Positions 22,920 to 35,326 of a stretch of DNA of 64,000 bases are shown piece after piece. Every line of letters starts with the position of its first letter. The stretch's first letter is position 1. Origin of the DNA: Chrysemys picta bellii (taxonomy: Eukaryota). The notes below the pieces were generated by a model, which searched no databases, was not told the DNA's origin, and saw only the letters and a list, made by a program, of their open reading frames with translations. The stretch spans positions 5,518,001 through 5,582,000 of the forward strand of contig NC_088803.1 in NCBI RefSeq assembly GCF_011386835.1, read 5' to 3'. Position numbers and translations under genes: made by a program.

Positions 22920-24200
22920 GTGGTGTGCCAACAGGGGGTGCAGCGGGGGTCTCAGCAAGGGGCGTTAGGGAGGGGCCTGGGGGGGTCCCAGCAAGGGGTG
23001 TTATGGGGGGTCCCAGCAGGGGGCAGTGGGGGGGGTCCCAGGAGGGGCCCGGGGGATCCCAGCAAGGGGCATTGGAAGGGTCCCAGGAGGGCTCCAGGGT
23101 TGCTAGCAAGGGGCATTGGGGGGGTCCCAGGAGGGGGCACTGGGAGAGGTCCCAGCAAGGGGCACTGGGAAGGTCCCAGGAGAGGCTTGGGGGGGTCCCA
23201 GCAAGGGGCGTTATGGGGGGTCCCAGCAAGGGGCGTTATGGGGGGTCCCAGGAGGGGGCACTGGGGGGTCCCAGGAGGGGGCGTTGGGAGGGTCCCAGGA
23301 GGGGCCCAGGGTTGCTGGCAAGGGGCGTTGGCGGGGGGTCCCAGGAGGGGCCCGGGGAATCACAGCAAGGTTCGTTGGGAGGGTCCCAGGAGGGTCCCAG
23401 GGTTGCTGTCAAGGGGCGTTGGGGGGGGTCCCAGGAGGGGCTCAGGGTTGCTGGCAAGGGGCGTTGGGGGGGGTTCCAGGAGGGGCCTGGGGAATCACAG
23501 CAAGGTTCGTTGGGAGGGTCCCAGGAGGGTCCCAGGGTTGCTGGCAAGGGGCGTTGGGGGGGGTCCCAGGAGGGGCTCAGGGTTGCTGGCAAGGGGCGTT
23601 GGGGGGGGTTCCAGGAGGGGCCCGGGGAATCACAGCAAGGGTCGTTGGGAGGGTCCCAGGAGGGGCCCAGGATTGCTGGCTAGGGGCGTTGGGGGGGGTT
23701 CCAGGAGGGGCCCGGGGAATCACAGCAAGGGTCGTTGGGAGGGTCCCAGGAGGGGCCCAGGGTTGCTGGCAAGGGGTGTTGGGGGGGGGTCCCAGGAGGG
23801 GCCCAGGGTTGCTGGCAAGGGGCACTGGGGGGGGTCCCAGCAAGGGGTTTATTCATAGATTCTAGGACTGGAAGGGACCTCGAGAGGTCATCGAGTCCAG
23901 TCCCCTGCCCGCATGGCAGGACCAAATACCGTCTAGACCATCCCTGATAGACATGTTATGGGTAGGTCCCAGGAGGGGGCACTGGGGGGTCCCAGGAGGG
24001 GGCACTGGGGGGTCCCAGGAGGGGCCTGGGGGGCTCCCAGGATGGGGCACTGGGGGAGGTCCCAGCAAGGGGTGTTATGGAGGGTCCCAGCAGTGGGCAC
24101 TGGGGGGGATCCTGGGAGGGGCCAGGGGGTCCCGGAAGGGGTGTTAGGGGGGGTCCCAGCAAGGGGGCACTGGGGGCATCCCAGGAGGTGGTGTTGGGGG
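22920..24200. repeat. G-rich minisatellite between CEBPE and SLC7A8
   Basis: Repeating GGGGGTCCCAGGAGGGG...GCAAGGGG units, interrupted by a CR1 tail. Confidence 0.9.
23851..23954 (-). mobile_element. CR1 3'-terminal fragment inserted in a minisatellite
   Basis: ATTCATAGATTCTAGGACTGGAAGGGACCTCGAGAGGTCATCGAGTCCAG is the reverse complement of a typical turtle CR1 tail. Confidence 0.8.
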
Positions 24201-24261
24201 GTCGCAGCCCTCACTGTCCCCAGCCCCCCCAGCCAGGCTCCGCAGCGCTGAGGTCACTGTA

Positions 24262-24267
24262 TTTATT
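24262..24267 (-). promoter_or_regulatory. Polyadenylation signal AATAAA of SLC7A8
   Basis: First AATAAA on - strand, ~400 nt after the stop codon. Confidence 0.6.
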
Positions 24268-24672
24268 ACATCGAAAACCAGAAACAAATGGTGGAAAAGG
24301 CCACAAAGTCGGGGCCCAAACGTTGGGGGCCAGAGAACGGGGTTAAGGCATCTGCGAGTGATGAAGCTCCCACCTCTGCCAGCAGGGGGCGCCGTGGGGA
24401 GTGGGGTGGGGGCTGTAGGAGGGGTGGGCACCATGGGGATTGGAGTGTGGGGAGCGGGGCAGGGCGGGGGCCGTGGGGAGTGGAGTGGGGGCTGTAGGGA
24501 GCCATGGGGAGTGGGGGCCATTGGCGGGGGTGGGCACCAGGGGGAGCGGGGCGGGGGCTGTAGGGTGCCGTGGGGAGTGGGATGGGGGCAGCGGAGTAGG
24601 CGCCGTGGGGAGCCGGATGTGGGGCGGGCGCCGTGGGCACCGTGGGGCGCAGTCCATGGCAGGGTGGAGGGC

Positions 24673-27600
24673 TCAGTCGTGGGGCTTGTCAGGGTCCCCG
24701 GTGTTGCACATGGGCTCCAGCTGCTCGGTGCGCTCAGGGTCGGGGGGCTCCATCTCAGGGTACACCACCCCACAGAGCTTCTGGGTCACCCGCGTCACCG
24801 CCGCTGGGGGGAGACAGGGGGTCAGAGAGCTGGGGGGCCCGGGCTCTTCCTCCAACCGCTGGCCAGCTGCTCCCCTTCCCCCGCCCCTCTGCGCCCCTTC
24901 CCCCGCCCGGCTGCGCCCCCTGCCCCCGCCCCTCTGCGCCCCTTCCCCCGCCCGGCTACGCCCCTTCCCCCGCCCGGCTGCGCCCTCTGCCCCCGCCCCT
25001 CTGCGCCCCTTCCCGGCCCGGCTGCGCCCCTTCCCCCGCCCCTCTGCGCCCTCTGCCCCCGCCCCTCTGCGCCCCTTCCCCCGCCCGGCTGCGCCCCCTG
25101 CCCCCGCCCGGCTGCGCCCCCTGCCCCCGCCCGGCTACGCCCCTTCCCCCGCCCCTCTGCGCCCCTTCCCGGCCCGGCTGCGCCCCTTCCCCCGCCCCTC
25201 TGCGCCCCTTCCCCGCCCGGCTGCGCCCTCTGCCCCCGCCCCTCTGCGCCCCTTCCCCCGCCCGGCTGCGCCCCCTGCCCCCGCCCCTCTGCGCCCCATC
25301 CCCCGCCCGGCTACGCCCCTTCCCCCGCCCGGCTGCTCCCCTTCCCCCGCCCCTCTGCGCCCCTTCGCCGCCCGGCTGCGCCCCTTCCCCCGCCCCTCCT
25401 CCCCCCTTCCCCCGCCCTGCTGCGCCCCTTCCCCACCCGGCTGTGCCCCTTCCCCCGCCCCTCTGCGCCCCTTCCCCGCCCGGCTGCGCCCTCTGCCCCC
25501 GCCCCTCCTCGCCCCTTCCCCGCCCGGCTGCTCCCCTTCCCCCGCCCCTCTGCTCCCCTTTCCCCGCCCGGCTGCACCCTCTGCCCCCGCCCCTCCTCGC
25601 CCCTTCCCCCGCCCGGATGCACACTCTGCCCCCGCCCCTCTGCGCCCTCTGCCCCCGCCCCTCTGCACCCCTTCCCCTGCCCCTCTGCGCCCCTTCCCTC
25701 GCCCGGCTGCTTCCCTTCCCCCGCCATCGCCCGGCCGGCTGCCCCACCCCCACTCACCCAGGCAGGTGTAGACGGCGGGTGGCTTGTGGTGCCAGGCCAC
25801 GCCCAGCCCGTAGACGGGCACCCCGGTCAGCATGATGGCCAGCCCCACGCCGCACACCACCGGCTCCGACCACAGGCTGAAGAGCAGCAGGAAGGCCCAG
25901 AAGAGCAGGTAGAGCACGGGGAAGAACAGGCTGACCTGGGGGGACACGGGGACTCAGCCGGGGGCGGGACATGCAGGAGCTGGGGGCAGGGCAGTGGGCA
26001 GTATATGCAGGGCAGGGCTCACTTGGTGGGGTGGGGCACACAAGGTGGGGGGCACATGGGGCGGGGGGGGCTCACCTTGATGGGGTGGGCCATGCAAAAT
26101 AGGGCGGGGTGCAGGGGGCGGGCCATGGGTGCTGGGGGCAGGGCACACAGGGCAGGGGGCGGGCTCACCTTGATGGGTTGGGCCATGTGGGGCAGGGGTG
26201 GGGAACGGGCGTAGGGGGCGGGCTCACCTTGATGGGCTGGGCCATGTGGGGCTGGGGGTGGGGAACGGGCATAGGGGGCGGGCTCACCTTGATGGGCGGG
26301 GCCTGTGGGGCTGGGGGTGGGGAACGGGCATAGGGGGCGGGCTCACCTTGATGGGCGGGGCCTGTGGGGCTGGGGGTGGGGAACGGGCATAGGGGGCGGG
26401 CTCACCTTGATGGGCGGGGCCTGTGGGGCTGGGGGTGGGGAACGGGCATAGGGGGCGGGCTCACCTTGATGGGCGGGGCCTGTGGGGCTGGGGGTGGGGA
26501 ACGGGCGTAGGGGGCGGGCTCACCTTGATGGGCCGGGCTATGTGGGGCTGGGGGTGGGGAACGGGCGTAGGGGGCGGGCTCACCTTGATGGGCCGGGCCA
26601 TGTGGGGCTGGGGGTGGGGAACGGGCGTAGGGGGCGGGCTCACCTTGATGGGCCGGGCCATGTGGGGCTGGGGGTGGGGAACGGGCGTAAGGGGTGGGCT
26701 CACCTTGATGGGCCGGGCCATGTGGGGCTGGGGGTGGGGAACGGGCGTAGGGGGCGGGCTCACCCTGATGGGCCGGGCCATGTGGGGCTGGGGGTGGGGA
26801 ACGGGCGTAGGGGGCGGGCTCACCTTGATGGGCCGGGCCATGTGGGGCTGGGGGTGGGGAACGGGCGTAGGGGGCGGGCTCACCTTGATGGGCCGGGCCA
26901 TGTGGGGCTGGCGCCAGCGCAGCACGATCTGCCCAGCCACGGTCACCCCATAGAACAGGTAGTTGATGAACCCCACGTAGTTGATCAGGGTGTAAATGTC
27001 ACTCGTCACCAGCATCAGCAGCGTGGACAGGCACTGTAGGGAGGGGGGCGATGGGGCGGGACCATGCTGGACCCCGCCCCATCCCAGAAACCCCACCCAC
27101 CACCATGCCGCAAGCCCCACCCCTGGGACTAGAGACCCAGCACCCACTCCGCAAGCCACGCCCCTGATCCAGAGACTCCTCCCCCACTCTCCAAGCTCCC
27201 CCCCGCCCCAGTGACTCACGGTGAAGAGTAGGGCGGGGATAGGGGTGCAGCGCTGCATGTGGATCATGGCCAGCAGGCTGGGGAGGTGGCCCTCACGGGC
27301 TCCTGCGAAGAACAGCCTGTGGGGGAGGGGAGACGTAAGCATGGGAGAGCTCTCGGTGCCATCAGTAGGGTTCAGGGTGAACGCCAGGCTGCGGGGAGAC
27401 AAGGGAGGAGACTCCATCCCCTCCCCCCAAGGGGCAGGGTCACTCACCGGGAGGAGGTGAAGAGGGAGCCATTCACACCCCCGAAGGTGGACAGGGCCAC
27501 GGAGATGGGCATGATCCAGGCCATGACACCCAGCAGCTTCTCCCCAAACGTCTGGGGAGGAAAGAGGGGAGGAGTCAGGGAGAGAGCTCAATGCAGGGGC

Positions 27601-30600
27601 AGGGCCAGCAGCTCCTGCTCTGGGTGGGGCTCAGGCAGGGGCGGGGCTCTGGCTGGGGGCAGGGTTCAGGCGGGGTCGGGTGTCACCACAGCCACGGTGT
27701 TGGAGGCCAGCAGCTCCTGGGGCGACATGGCAGTGACGTAGGCTCCGTTGGTGGGGTGGGGGGGGCTGTGGGTGGGGCTCAGGCAGGGGCAGGGCTCTGG
27801 CTGGGGGCGGGGCTCACCACGGCCACGGCGTTGGAGGCCAGCAGCTCCTGGGGCGACATGGCGGTGACGTAGGCCACGTTGGCGAAGACGTAGACGAAGG
27901 TCACCAGGGGGATGGAGATGAAGATGGCCCGCGGCAGGTTCCTGGGGAGGGGGGAGTGTGAGTACGCGAAGCCCCCCGGAAGCCGGGGTCCCCCCAAGGC
28001 AGACTGCCATCCCGCGGACACCAGGGTTCCATATTAGGGGGCACTGTGACCCCAGGGAAGGGAGGGATTGACGTCGGCAGCGCCCAGACGTCAGGGTTCC
28101 CCGGCCAGGCACTGACAGCGGGGGGGGGTGGGGGGGGTGTGCCCGAACACTGGTGTTCCCCGACCAGCCACTGACAGCAGGCGGGGGGGCTCGGATGCCG
28201 GGGTTCCCCGGCCGGGCGCTGACAGTGGGAGTGTGGGGCCAGCACGCCGGAGTTCCCTGGCCGGGTGCTGACAGCGAGGGTGTGGGGCCAGGACGCCAGA
28301 GTTCCCCAGCCGGGCGCTGACAGCGGCGTGCGGGGCCCGGACACCGGGGTCCCATGCTGACCTGTAGGGGTCGACCAGCTCCTCGGTGACGTAGTTGAGG
28401 AAGTTCCAGCCGCCGTAGGCGAAGGAGCCCTGCAGGAACGCCAGCGCCACCATGCCCACGTCCACCTGTGCGAAGGACTCAAAGGCGTGCCGCGGCTCCA
28501 GCCAGTAGTAGTGCCCTGCACACAGGCGTCACCTGGCATGTGTACCCCCTGCTCCCCGGTGCCCTGCCCTGCGCCCAGCTGGCCCGGCTGTCCCCCTGCC
28601 CCCCCGGTGCCCTGCCCTGCGCCCAGCCGGCCCGGCTGTCCCCCTGCCCCCCGGTGCCCTGCCCTGCGCCCAGCCGGCCCGGCTGTCCCCCTGCCCCCCC
28701 GGTGCCCTGCCCTGCGCCCAGCCGGCCCGGCTGTCCCCCTGCCCCCCCGGTGCCCTGCCCTGCGCCCAGCCGGCCCGGCTGTCCCCCTGCCCCCCCGGTG
28801 CCCTGCCCTGCGCCCAGCCGGCCCGGCTGTCCCCCTGCCCCCCCGGTGCCCTGCCCTGCGCCCAGCCGGCCCGGCTGTCCCCCTGCCCCCCCGGTGCCCT
28901 GCCCTGCGCCCAGCCGGCCCGGCTGTCCCCCTGCCCCCCCGGTGCCCTGCCCTGCGCCCAGCCGGCCCGGCTGTCCCCCTGCCCCCCCGGTGCCCTGCCC
29001 TGCGCCCAGCCGGCCCGGCTGTCCCCCCTGCCCCCCCGGTGCCCTGCCCTGCGCCCACCCGGCCCGGCTGTCCCCCTGCCCCCCCGGTGCCCTGCCCTGC
29101 GCCCAGCCGGCCCGGCTGTCCCCCTGCCCCCCCGGTGCCCTGCCCTGCGCCCAGCCGGCCCGGCTGTCCCCCTGCTCCCCGGTGCCCTGCCCTGCGCCCA
29201 GCCGGCCCGGCTGTCCCCCTGCCCCCCTGGTGCCATGCCCTGCGCTCAGCCGGCCCGGCTGCCCCCCGGTGCCCTGCCCTGCGCCCAGCCGGCCCGGCTG
29301 TCCCCCTGCCCCCCGGTGCCCTGCCCTGCGCCCAGCCGGCCCGGCTGTCCCCCTGCCCCCCCGGTGCCCTGCCCTGCGCCCACCCGGCCCGGCTGTCCCC
29401 CTGCCCCCCCGGTGCCCTGCCCTGCGCCCAGCCGGCCCGGCTGTCCCCCTGCCCCCCCGGTGCCCTGCCCTGCGCCCAGCCGGCCCGGCTGTCCCCCTGC
29501 TCCCCGGTGCCCTGCCCTGCGCCCAGCCGGCCCGGCTGTCCCCCTGCCCCCCTGGTGCCATGCCCTGCGCTCAGCCGGCCCGGCTGCCCCCCGGTGCCAT
29601 GCCCTGCGCCCAGCCGGCCCGGCTGTCCCCCCTGCCCCCCGGTGCCCTGCCCTGCGCCCAGCCGGCCCGGCTGTCCCCCTGCCCCCCTGGTGCCCTGCCC
29701 TGCGCTCAGCCGGCCCGGCTGTCCCAATGCCCCCCTGGTGCCCGCCCTGCGCCCAGCTGTCCCAATGCCCCCTTGGTGCCTGCCCCGTGCCCAGCTGGCC
29801 TGGGGGTCCCGGTGCCCCATCTCACCCTTGCAGATCTGCACGATGCCCATGATGATGATGAGCGCCAGGGCCAGCAGCTTCCGGCCGTGAAGATGTCCTG
29901 CACCCGCGTCGCCCAGCGCACACTGGCGCAGTTCACCCATGTCAGCAGCACTGGGGGCAGAGGGAGGGCTCAGGCGGGGGTGGGGCAGGGCTCTGCCCGC
30001 CCCCCAAGGTCACCCTGGCCCCGCCGGGGAGATAACCACCCTGGGCCGGGGATGTTGTGGCGACGGAGCTGCCCGCTGTGGGGATCTCAGCCAGGGGCTG
30101 GGCAGGAGCCCCATTGACTCAAATGCCCCGGACGCCTGGGTCCCGTGGCCAGGCTGCTGCAAGGGGGGAGGTGCAAAGAGTCCAGGAAAACCGGGGGAGG
30201 GGCTGGCTCCAGGCCCCGACTGCACCAAACAGCCCATCCCCCTCTCCCCTCCCCGCCCCCGAGCCACCCCCTCTCCTCCCCTGGAACCTGACACCGGGAC
30301 AGGCAGAGCTGGGGGGGGAGGGAGGTTTCCCCCCCTCGCCACAGGCTGTAAACAACTTCCCGCCCAGCCCCCGCCAGAGCCACCCCCGCTCGGTACCCTC
30401 CTGCCAGCCACATGCCCCCCCCAATATCTTCCCATGTACCCCAACGCCCTCCCACACCAACACCCCCATGCACACCCCCACACCCCAACATTCCCATGCA
30501 CACCCCCACATCCCCCACCCCCATGCACACCCCCGCACCCTCCCGCACCCCAACACTCCCACGCACACCCCCGCATCCTCCCCCACCCCCACGCACACCC

Positions 30601-33600
30601 CCGCATCCTCCCCACACCCCAACACCCCCACGCACACCCCCCATCTTCCCCCATCCTCCCACACCCCAACACTCCCATGCACACCCCCGCATCCTCCCCC
30701 ACCCCCATGCACACTCCCGCACCCTCCCCTCACCCCAACACCCCCACACAAACCCCCGCATCTTCACCCACACACACCCCAACACCCCCCCACACACCCT
30801 GCACCTTCTGTACACCCCCATGCACACATCCCCACCCTCCCACACCGCAACACCCCCACGCACACCCCACACCCCAACATCTTCACACACACCCCAACAC
30901 CCCCATGAACTCAACACCCCCGCACCCACCCCACACCCCAACACCCCCATGCACTCCCCCACCCTCCCACACCCCCACGCATCCTCCCACACCGCAACAG
31001 TCCCCCCACCTCTCACATGCCCACCCGTCCCCCGCGCACCCCCAACCCAACACCCCCTCAACACCCCCCCACACTCCCTGCACCCCAACACCCTCTGCAT
31101 ACCCTCCCACACCCCCATGCACATCCCCCACCGCCACCACCCGCCTCACACTCCCCAACCCAACACCCCCGCCACCCCCAACCCAGCACTGCCCTGCACA
31201 CAGTCCAGCATTCACCCCCGCCACAGTCACCAGCACTCAGAGAACGGACCCAGCCCCCACAACTGGCCTCAGCACCCAGACGGGAAACCGATCCCCAGAT
31301 AACACCTTGCTGGTGCCCCTCACTCCCAACCCGCAGCCCCCTGTTAGCCCAGCCCTGCCGTGCCCCTCCAGCCCAGTGCCCCTCACTTCCGACCTGCAGC
31401 CCCCTGTTAACCCAGCCCTGCCCCCCACAGCTCTGCCAGTGCCCCTCACTCCCGACCCACAGCCCCTACTAGTCCAGCCCTGCCGGTGCCCCTCACTCCC
31501 AACCCGCAGTCCCTGCTAGCCCAGCTCTGCCCCCCTCAGCCCTGCCGGTGCCCCTCACTCCCGACCTACAGCCCCAGCCAGCCCAGCCCTGCCCCCCTCC
31601 AATCTCTGCTGGCTTGTCCCCACCCAGGGAGCGGCAGGACACAGGGACACAAACATGTTGCCAGCCAGACGCCCGCAGACACTTTCGTGCTGAGCCAGCA
31701 GTGACTCGGCGACTCGGGGCCCCCCAGAGCGCAGCTGGGGCCGGCTGCAGGTACCAGCTAGAGTAGTGGTGGCAGCACTGGGAGTGGCAGGGTACTCACG
31801 CAGACACACGCCCGCCAAGAGGCGGAGCCCGCCCTCAGGCGCCAGGCAGGTGGGGAAGAGCGGGTGCAGCACGTAGTTGGCGAACGTGAGGGCGATGACG
31901 GCCTGGTTGGTGGGGTAGATCACCAGCACCGCGATCCACAACCGCAGGAACCTGGGGGGCACAGCAGGGTGTGAGAGGGGGTCTGGCCCCTGCTGCCCCC
32001 CAGCCAGCCCCCCGGGGGCCCTGCCTCCTTACCCAGCCAGCCCCCCAAAGATGTCCTTGACGTAGGAGTAGTCGCCGCCGGACTTGGGGATGGTGACACC
32101 CAGCTCCGCGTAGCACAGCGCCCCCACGGCCGTGATCAGCCCCGTGATGATCCACACAAGCAGCGCCAGCCCCACGGAGCCCGCGTTCTCCAGCACGCCC
32201 TTCGGCGACACGAAGATCCCCGACCCAATGATGTTACCTGGGGGCGGAGAGATGGGGACGGGGGTTAGAGACAGGGCTGCCCCGCCACTGCCTGAGTCTT
32301 CCGAGAGCCTGGGCCAGTCACTCGGAGAGGCTCTAGATGGAGACTGCCCCGCCGCTGCCTGAGTCTGCCGAGAGCCTGAACCAGCCGCTACGACAGCTGT
32401 GAACTGCCCCGCCGCTGCCTGAGTCTGCCGAGAGCCTGAGCCAGTCGCTCGGAGAGGGGTGAACTGCCCCGCTGCTGCCTGAGTCTGCCGAGAGCCTGGG
32501 CCAGTCGCTAGGACAGCTGTGAACTGCCCCGCCGCTGCCTGAGTCTGCCGAGAGCCTGGGCCAGTCGCTCGGAGAGCTGTGAACTGCCCCGCCGCTGCCT
32601 GAGTCTGCCGAGAGCCTGGGCCAGTCGCTCGGAGAGGGGTGAACTGCCCCGCTGCTGCCTGAGTCTGCCGAGAGCCTGGGCCAGTCGCTAGGACAGCTGT
32701 GAACTGCCCCGCGCTGCCTGAGTCTGCCGAGAGCCTGGGCCAGTCGCTCGGAGAGCTGTGAACTGCCCCGCCGCTGCCTGAGTCTGCCGAGAGCCTGGGC
32801 CAGTCGCTAGGACAGCTGTGAACTGCCCCGCCGCTGCCTGAGTCTGCCGAGAGCCTGGGCCAGTCCCTCGGACAGCTGTGAACTACCCCGCTGCTGCCTG
32901 AGTCTGCCGAGAGCCTGAACCAGTCGTTCGGAGAGCTGTGAACTACCCCGCCGCTGCCTGAGTCTGCCGAGAGTCTGGGCCAGTCGCTAGGACAGCTGTG
33001 AACTACCCCACCGCTGCCTGAGTCTGCCGAGAGCCTGGGCCAGTCGCTCGGAGAGGGGTGAACTGCCCCGCCGCTGCCTGAGTCTGCCGAGAGTCTGGGC
33101 CAGTCGCTAGGACAGCTGTGAACTACCCCGCCGCTGCCTGAGTCTGCCGAGAGCCTGGGCCAGTCCCTCGGACAGCTGTGAACTACCCCGCCGCTGCCTG
33201 AGTCTGCCGAGAGTCTGGGCCAGTCGCTAGGACAGCTGTGAACTACCCCGCCGCTGCCTGAGTCTGCCGAGAGTCTGGGCCAGTCGCTAGGACAGCTGTG
33301 AACTACCCCACCGCTGCCTGAGTCTGCCGAGAGCCTGGGCCAGTCGCTCGGAGAGGGGTGAACTGCCCCCTGCATCTCAGGGGAGTGTTATCTCTGGAGT
33401 CTAATGATAAAATTTTAAATGTCATTCCAGATCCCCTACGCTAGCCGTGCCTCCATCCACCTCCCCTCATACATATCCCCGTCTCTCTCACCAGCCAGCC
33501 GCCCTCTTTCCTGGCTCCATGGGCTCCATTAACAAATTACACTGCTGTGGCTGTGGGTGGGAGCCAAGGTGTGGGGGTGGTGGAGCAGCATGGCTTCCGG

Positions 33601-35326
33601 GGGGGGGGGGTACAGCATTACAAAGAGAGGGGGAGAGGTGCAAGGCTGGGGGGGAATGGGAGGTGGGTTTTTGCTGAGGGATGGCAGTGGAGGAAAGGGG
33701 AGAAGGGGGCAGAGGGCCCAGGGCCTGGTGGGGGGATGGAGGCTCTAGACTCGGAACTAACCCCCTCATTAGCAACCAGCCCTTCATTAACGATCGTGCC
33801 CCTCACTCCCGACCCGCAGCCCTGCCTCTCGGCTGGCAGAGAAGTGTGGGGGACCCCCAATAGGGGTAGCCGCAGGGGAAGGGGCATGGGGGGGGCGCAG
33901 GATCCTGGCTGGGGAGGAGGGAGGGATGCGGGAAGGGAAGGAGTGGGGCAGAGTCCTTAACTGTAATCTTATCAGGTTAGATTTCCCCCCATAAACTAGG
34001 CCATGGGAAGGGACTCTGACCTGGTGGGGGGAAGGGGCACAGGCAGGGCTGTGGGGGTCAGGGCTGGGCTAGCAGGGGCTGCGGGTCGGGAGTGAGGGGC
34101 ACCGGCGGGGCTGGGGGGTCTGAGCTGGGCTAGCAGGTGGCTGCGGGTCGGGAGTGAGGGGCACCGGCAGGACTGGGGGGCAGGGCTGGGCTAGCAGGAG
34201 GCTGCGGGTCGGGAGTGAGGGGCACCGGCAGGGCTGGGGGGTCTGAGCTGGGCTAGCAGGGGCTGCGGGTCGGGAGTGAGGGGCAGTGCAGGGGGTGTCT
34301 AGGGGGCTGGCCCTGTCTCTGAGCCCCCCACCTTCCCCCATGCACTGGCGTCTCCGGGCACCTGCTGAGCGGCGCCATCTGGAGCAGGATTAATGGAGCC
34401 GCCAGGAATTCACGCTCCATGGCTCCGATCCATCCGAGCGGAAAACAGCCCTGACCCCGTCCTCTGCTACTGCAGGCTGGAGCGCCCGGCTCTGGGGAGG
34501 AGTGCGGGGGCTGGTTATACAGGGACCCCTTGCCCAGTTCTGAGATGTGGCTGACTCTGGGGTGGGGAGGGTGGGGGCTAGTTATACAGAGACCCCTCAA
34601 GTGGCACTGAGATGTGGCTGACTCTGGGGTGGGGAGGGTGGGGGCTAGTTATACAGCGACCCCTCGCGTTGCACTGAGATGTGGCTGGCTCTGGGGTGGG
34701 GGATGGGGGCTAGTTATACAGAGACCCCTCAAGTGGCACTGAGATGTGGCTGACTCTGGGGTGGGGAGGGTGGGGGCTAGTTATACAGAGACGCCTCGCG
34801 CGGCACTGAGATGCGGCTGGCTCTGGGGTGGGGGATGGGGGCTAGTTATACAGCGACCCCTCGCGTTGCACTGAGATGTGGCTGGCTCTGGGGTGGGGGA
34901 TGGGGGCTAGTTATACAGCGACCCCTCGCGTGGCACTGAGATGTGGCTAGCTCTGGGGTGGGGCCCCCTCACCGGCTGAGGGGGGGGCTGGCAGCACTGG
35001 GAGCGCTAATCGGATCAGAATAACAGGAGCACAAAGTGACAGGCAGCTCCAGGCTATTTATAGAGCCAGCCAGGCTTGGTGGGGGCGAGAAAGGGGGAAG
35101 GAGAGGTGGAGAGACAGGAGAGAACGAGGCACAGTGGGGGGGGCAGTGGCCCCATTGACCAGAGTTGGGGTCCCTCCTCCCCTGCACCCCCCCACTCACC
35201 CACGATGATGCCGCAGGCGCTCACTAGCCCGATCTCTTTCTTGAGGCCCACGCCACCCTCTGCCGGCTGATCTGGGCCATCTGTGGCCTTCTCGGAACCG
35301 CCCCGGCGCCGTGCACCCTCCTCCAT
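24673..35326 (-). CDS. SLC7A8: L-type amino acid transporter 2 (LAT2); 515 aa if one missing base in exon 4 is restored
   Basis: Exons 35200-35326, 32033-32237, 31800-31951, 29826-29950 (125 nt, frameshift), 28362-28515, 27818-27941, 27448-27551, 27220-27316, 26884-27033, 25758-25935, 24673-24803, all GT-AG. Peptides [65 protein letters not shown] and VVYPE match LAT2. Confidence 0.96.
24870..25740. repeat. C-rich minisatellite (SLC7A8 intron 10)
   Basis: Repeating CCCCGCCCCTCTGCGCCCCTTCCCCGCCCGGCTGCG. Confidence 0.9.
26070..26915 (-). repeat. 59/60-bp minisatellite containing the SLC7A8 exon-9 3' end and 5' splice site
   Basis: - strand unit contains CAGCCCCACATGGCCCGGCCCATCAAG|GTGAGCC; 14 donor motifs including the real one. 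Confidence 0.95.
28555..29790. repeat. ~47-bp minisatellite (SLC7A8 intron 4)
   Basis: Repeating CCCGGTGCCCTGCCCTGCGCCCAGCCGGCCCGGCTGTCCCCCTGCCCC. Confidence 0.95.
30400..31200. repeat. C/A-rich low-complexity repeat (SLC7A8 intron 3)
   Basis: ACACCCCCATGCACACCCC-type units. Confidence 0.8.
32275..33370. repeat. 60-bp minisatellite, ~18 copies (SLC7A8 intron 1)
   Basis: Repeating GAACTGCCCCGCCGCTGCCTGAGTCTGCCGAGAGCCTGGGCCAGTCGCTCGGAGAGCTGT. Confidence 0.95.
34500..34960. repeat. ~59-bp minisatellite, ~8 copies (SLC7A8 intron 1)
   Basis: Repeating GGGGCTAGTTATACAGAGACCCCTCGCGTGGCACTGAGATGTGGCTGGCTCTGGGGTG. Confidence 0.9.

Noticed and set aside
27901-30117. Long Pro/Gly/Ala ORFs over GC-rich minisatellites (also 408-2853, 15495-17266, 22847-23865, 24358-26214)
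   Set aside because: Stop-poor tandem repeats that are intronic or intergenic to well-supported genes, and open in several frames at once.
32238-33375. ATG-initiated ORF running through the 60-bp intron-1 repeat in frame into SLC7A8 exon 2
   Set aside because: A canonical exon 1 and acceptor exist. Openness is expected from a 60-bp stop-free unit, and no promoter evidence was seen.
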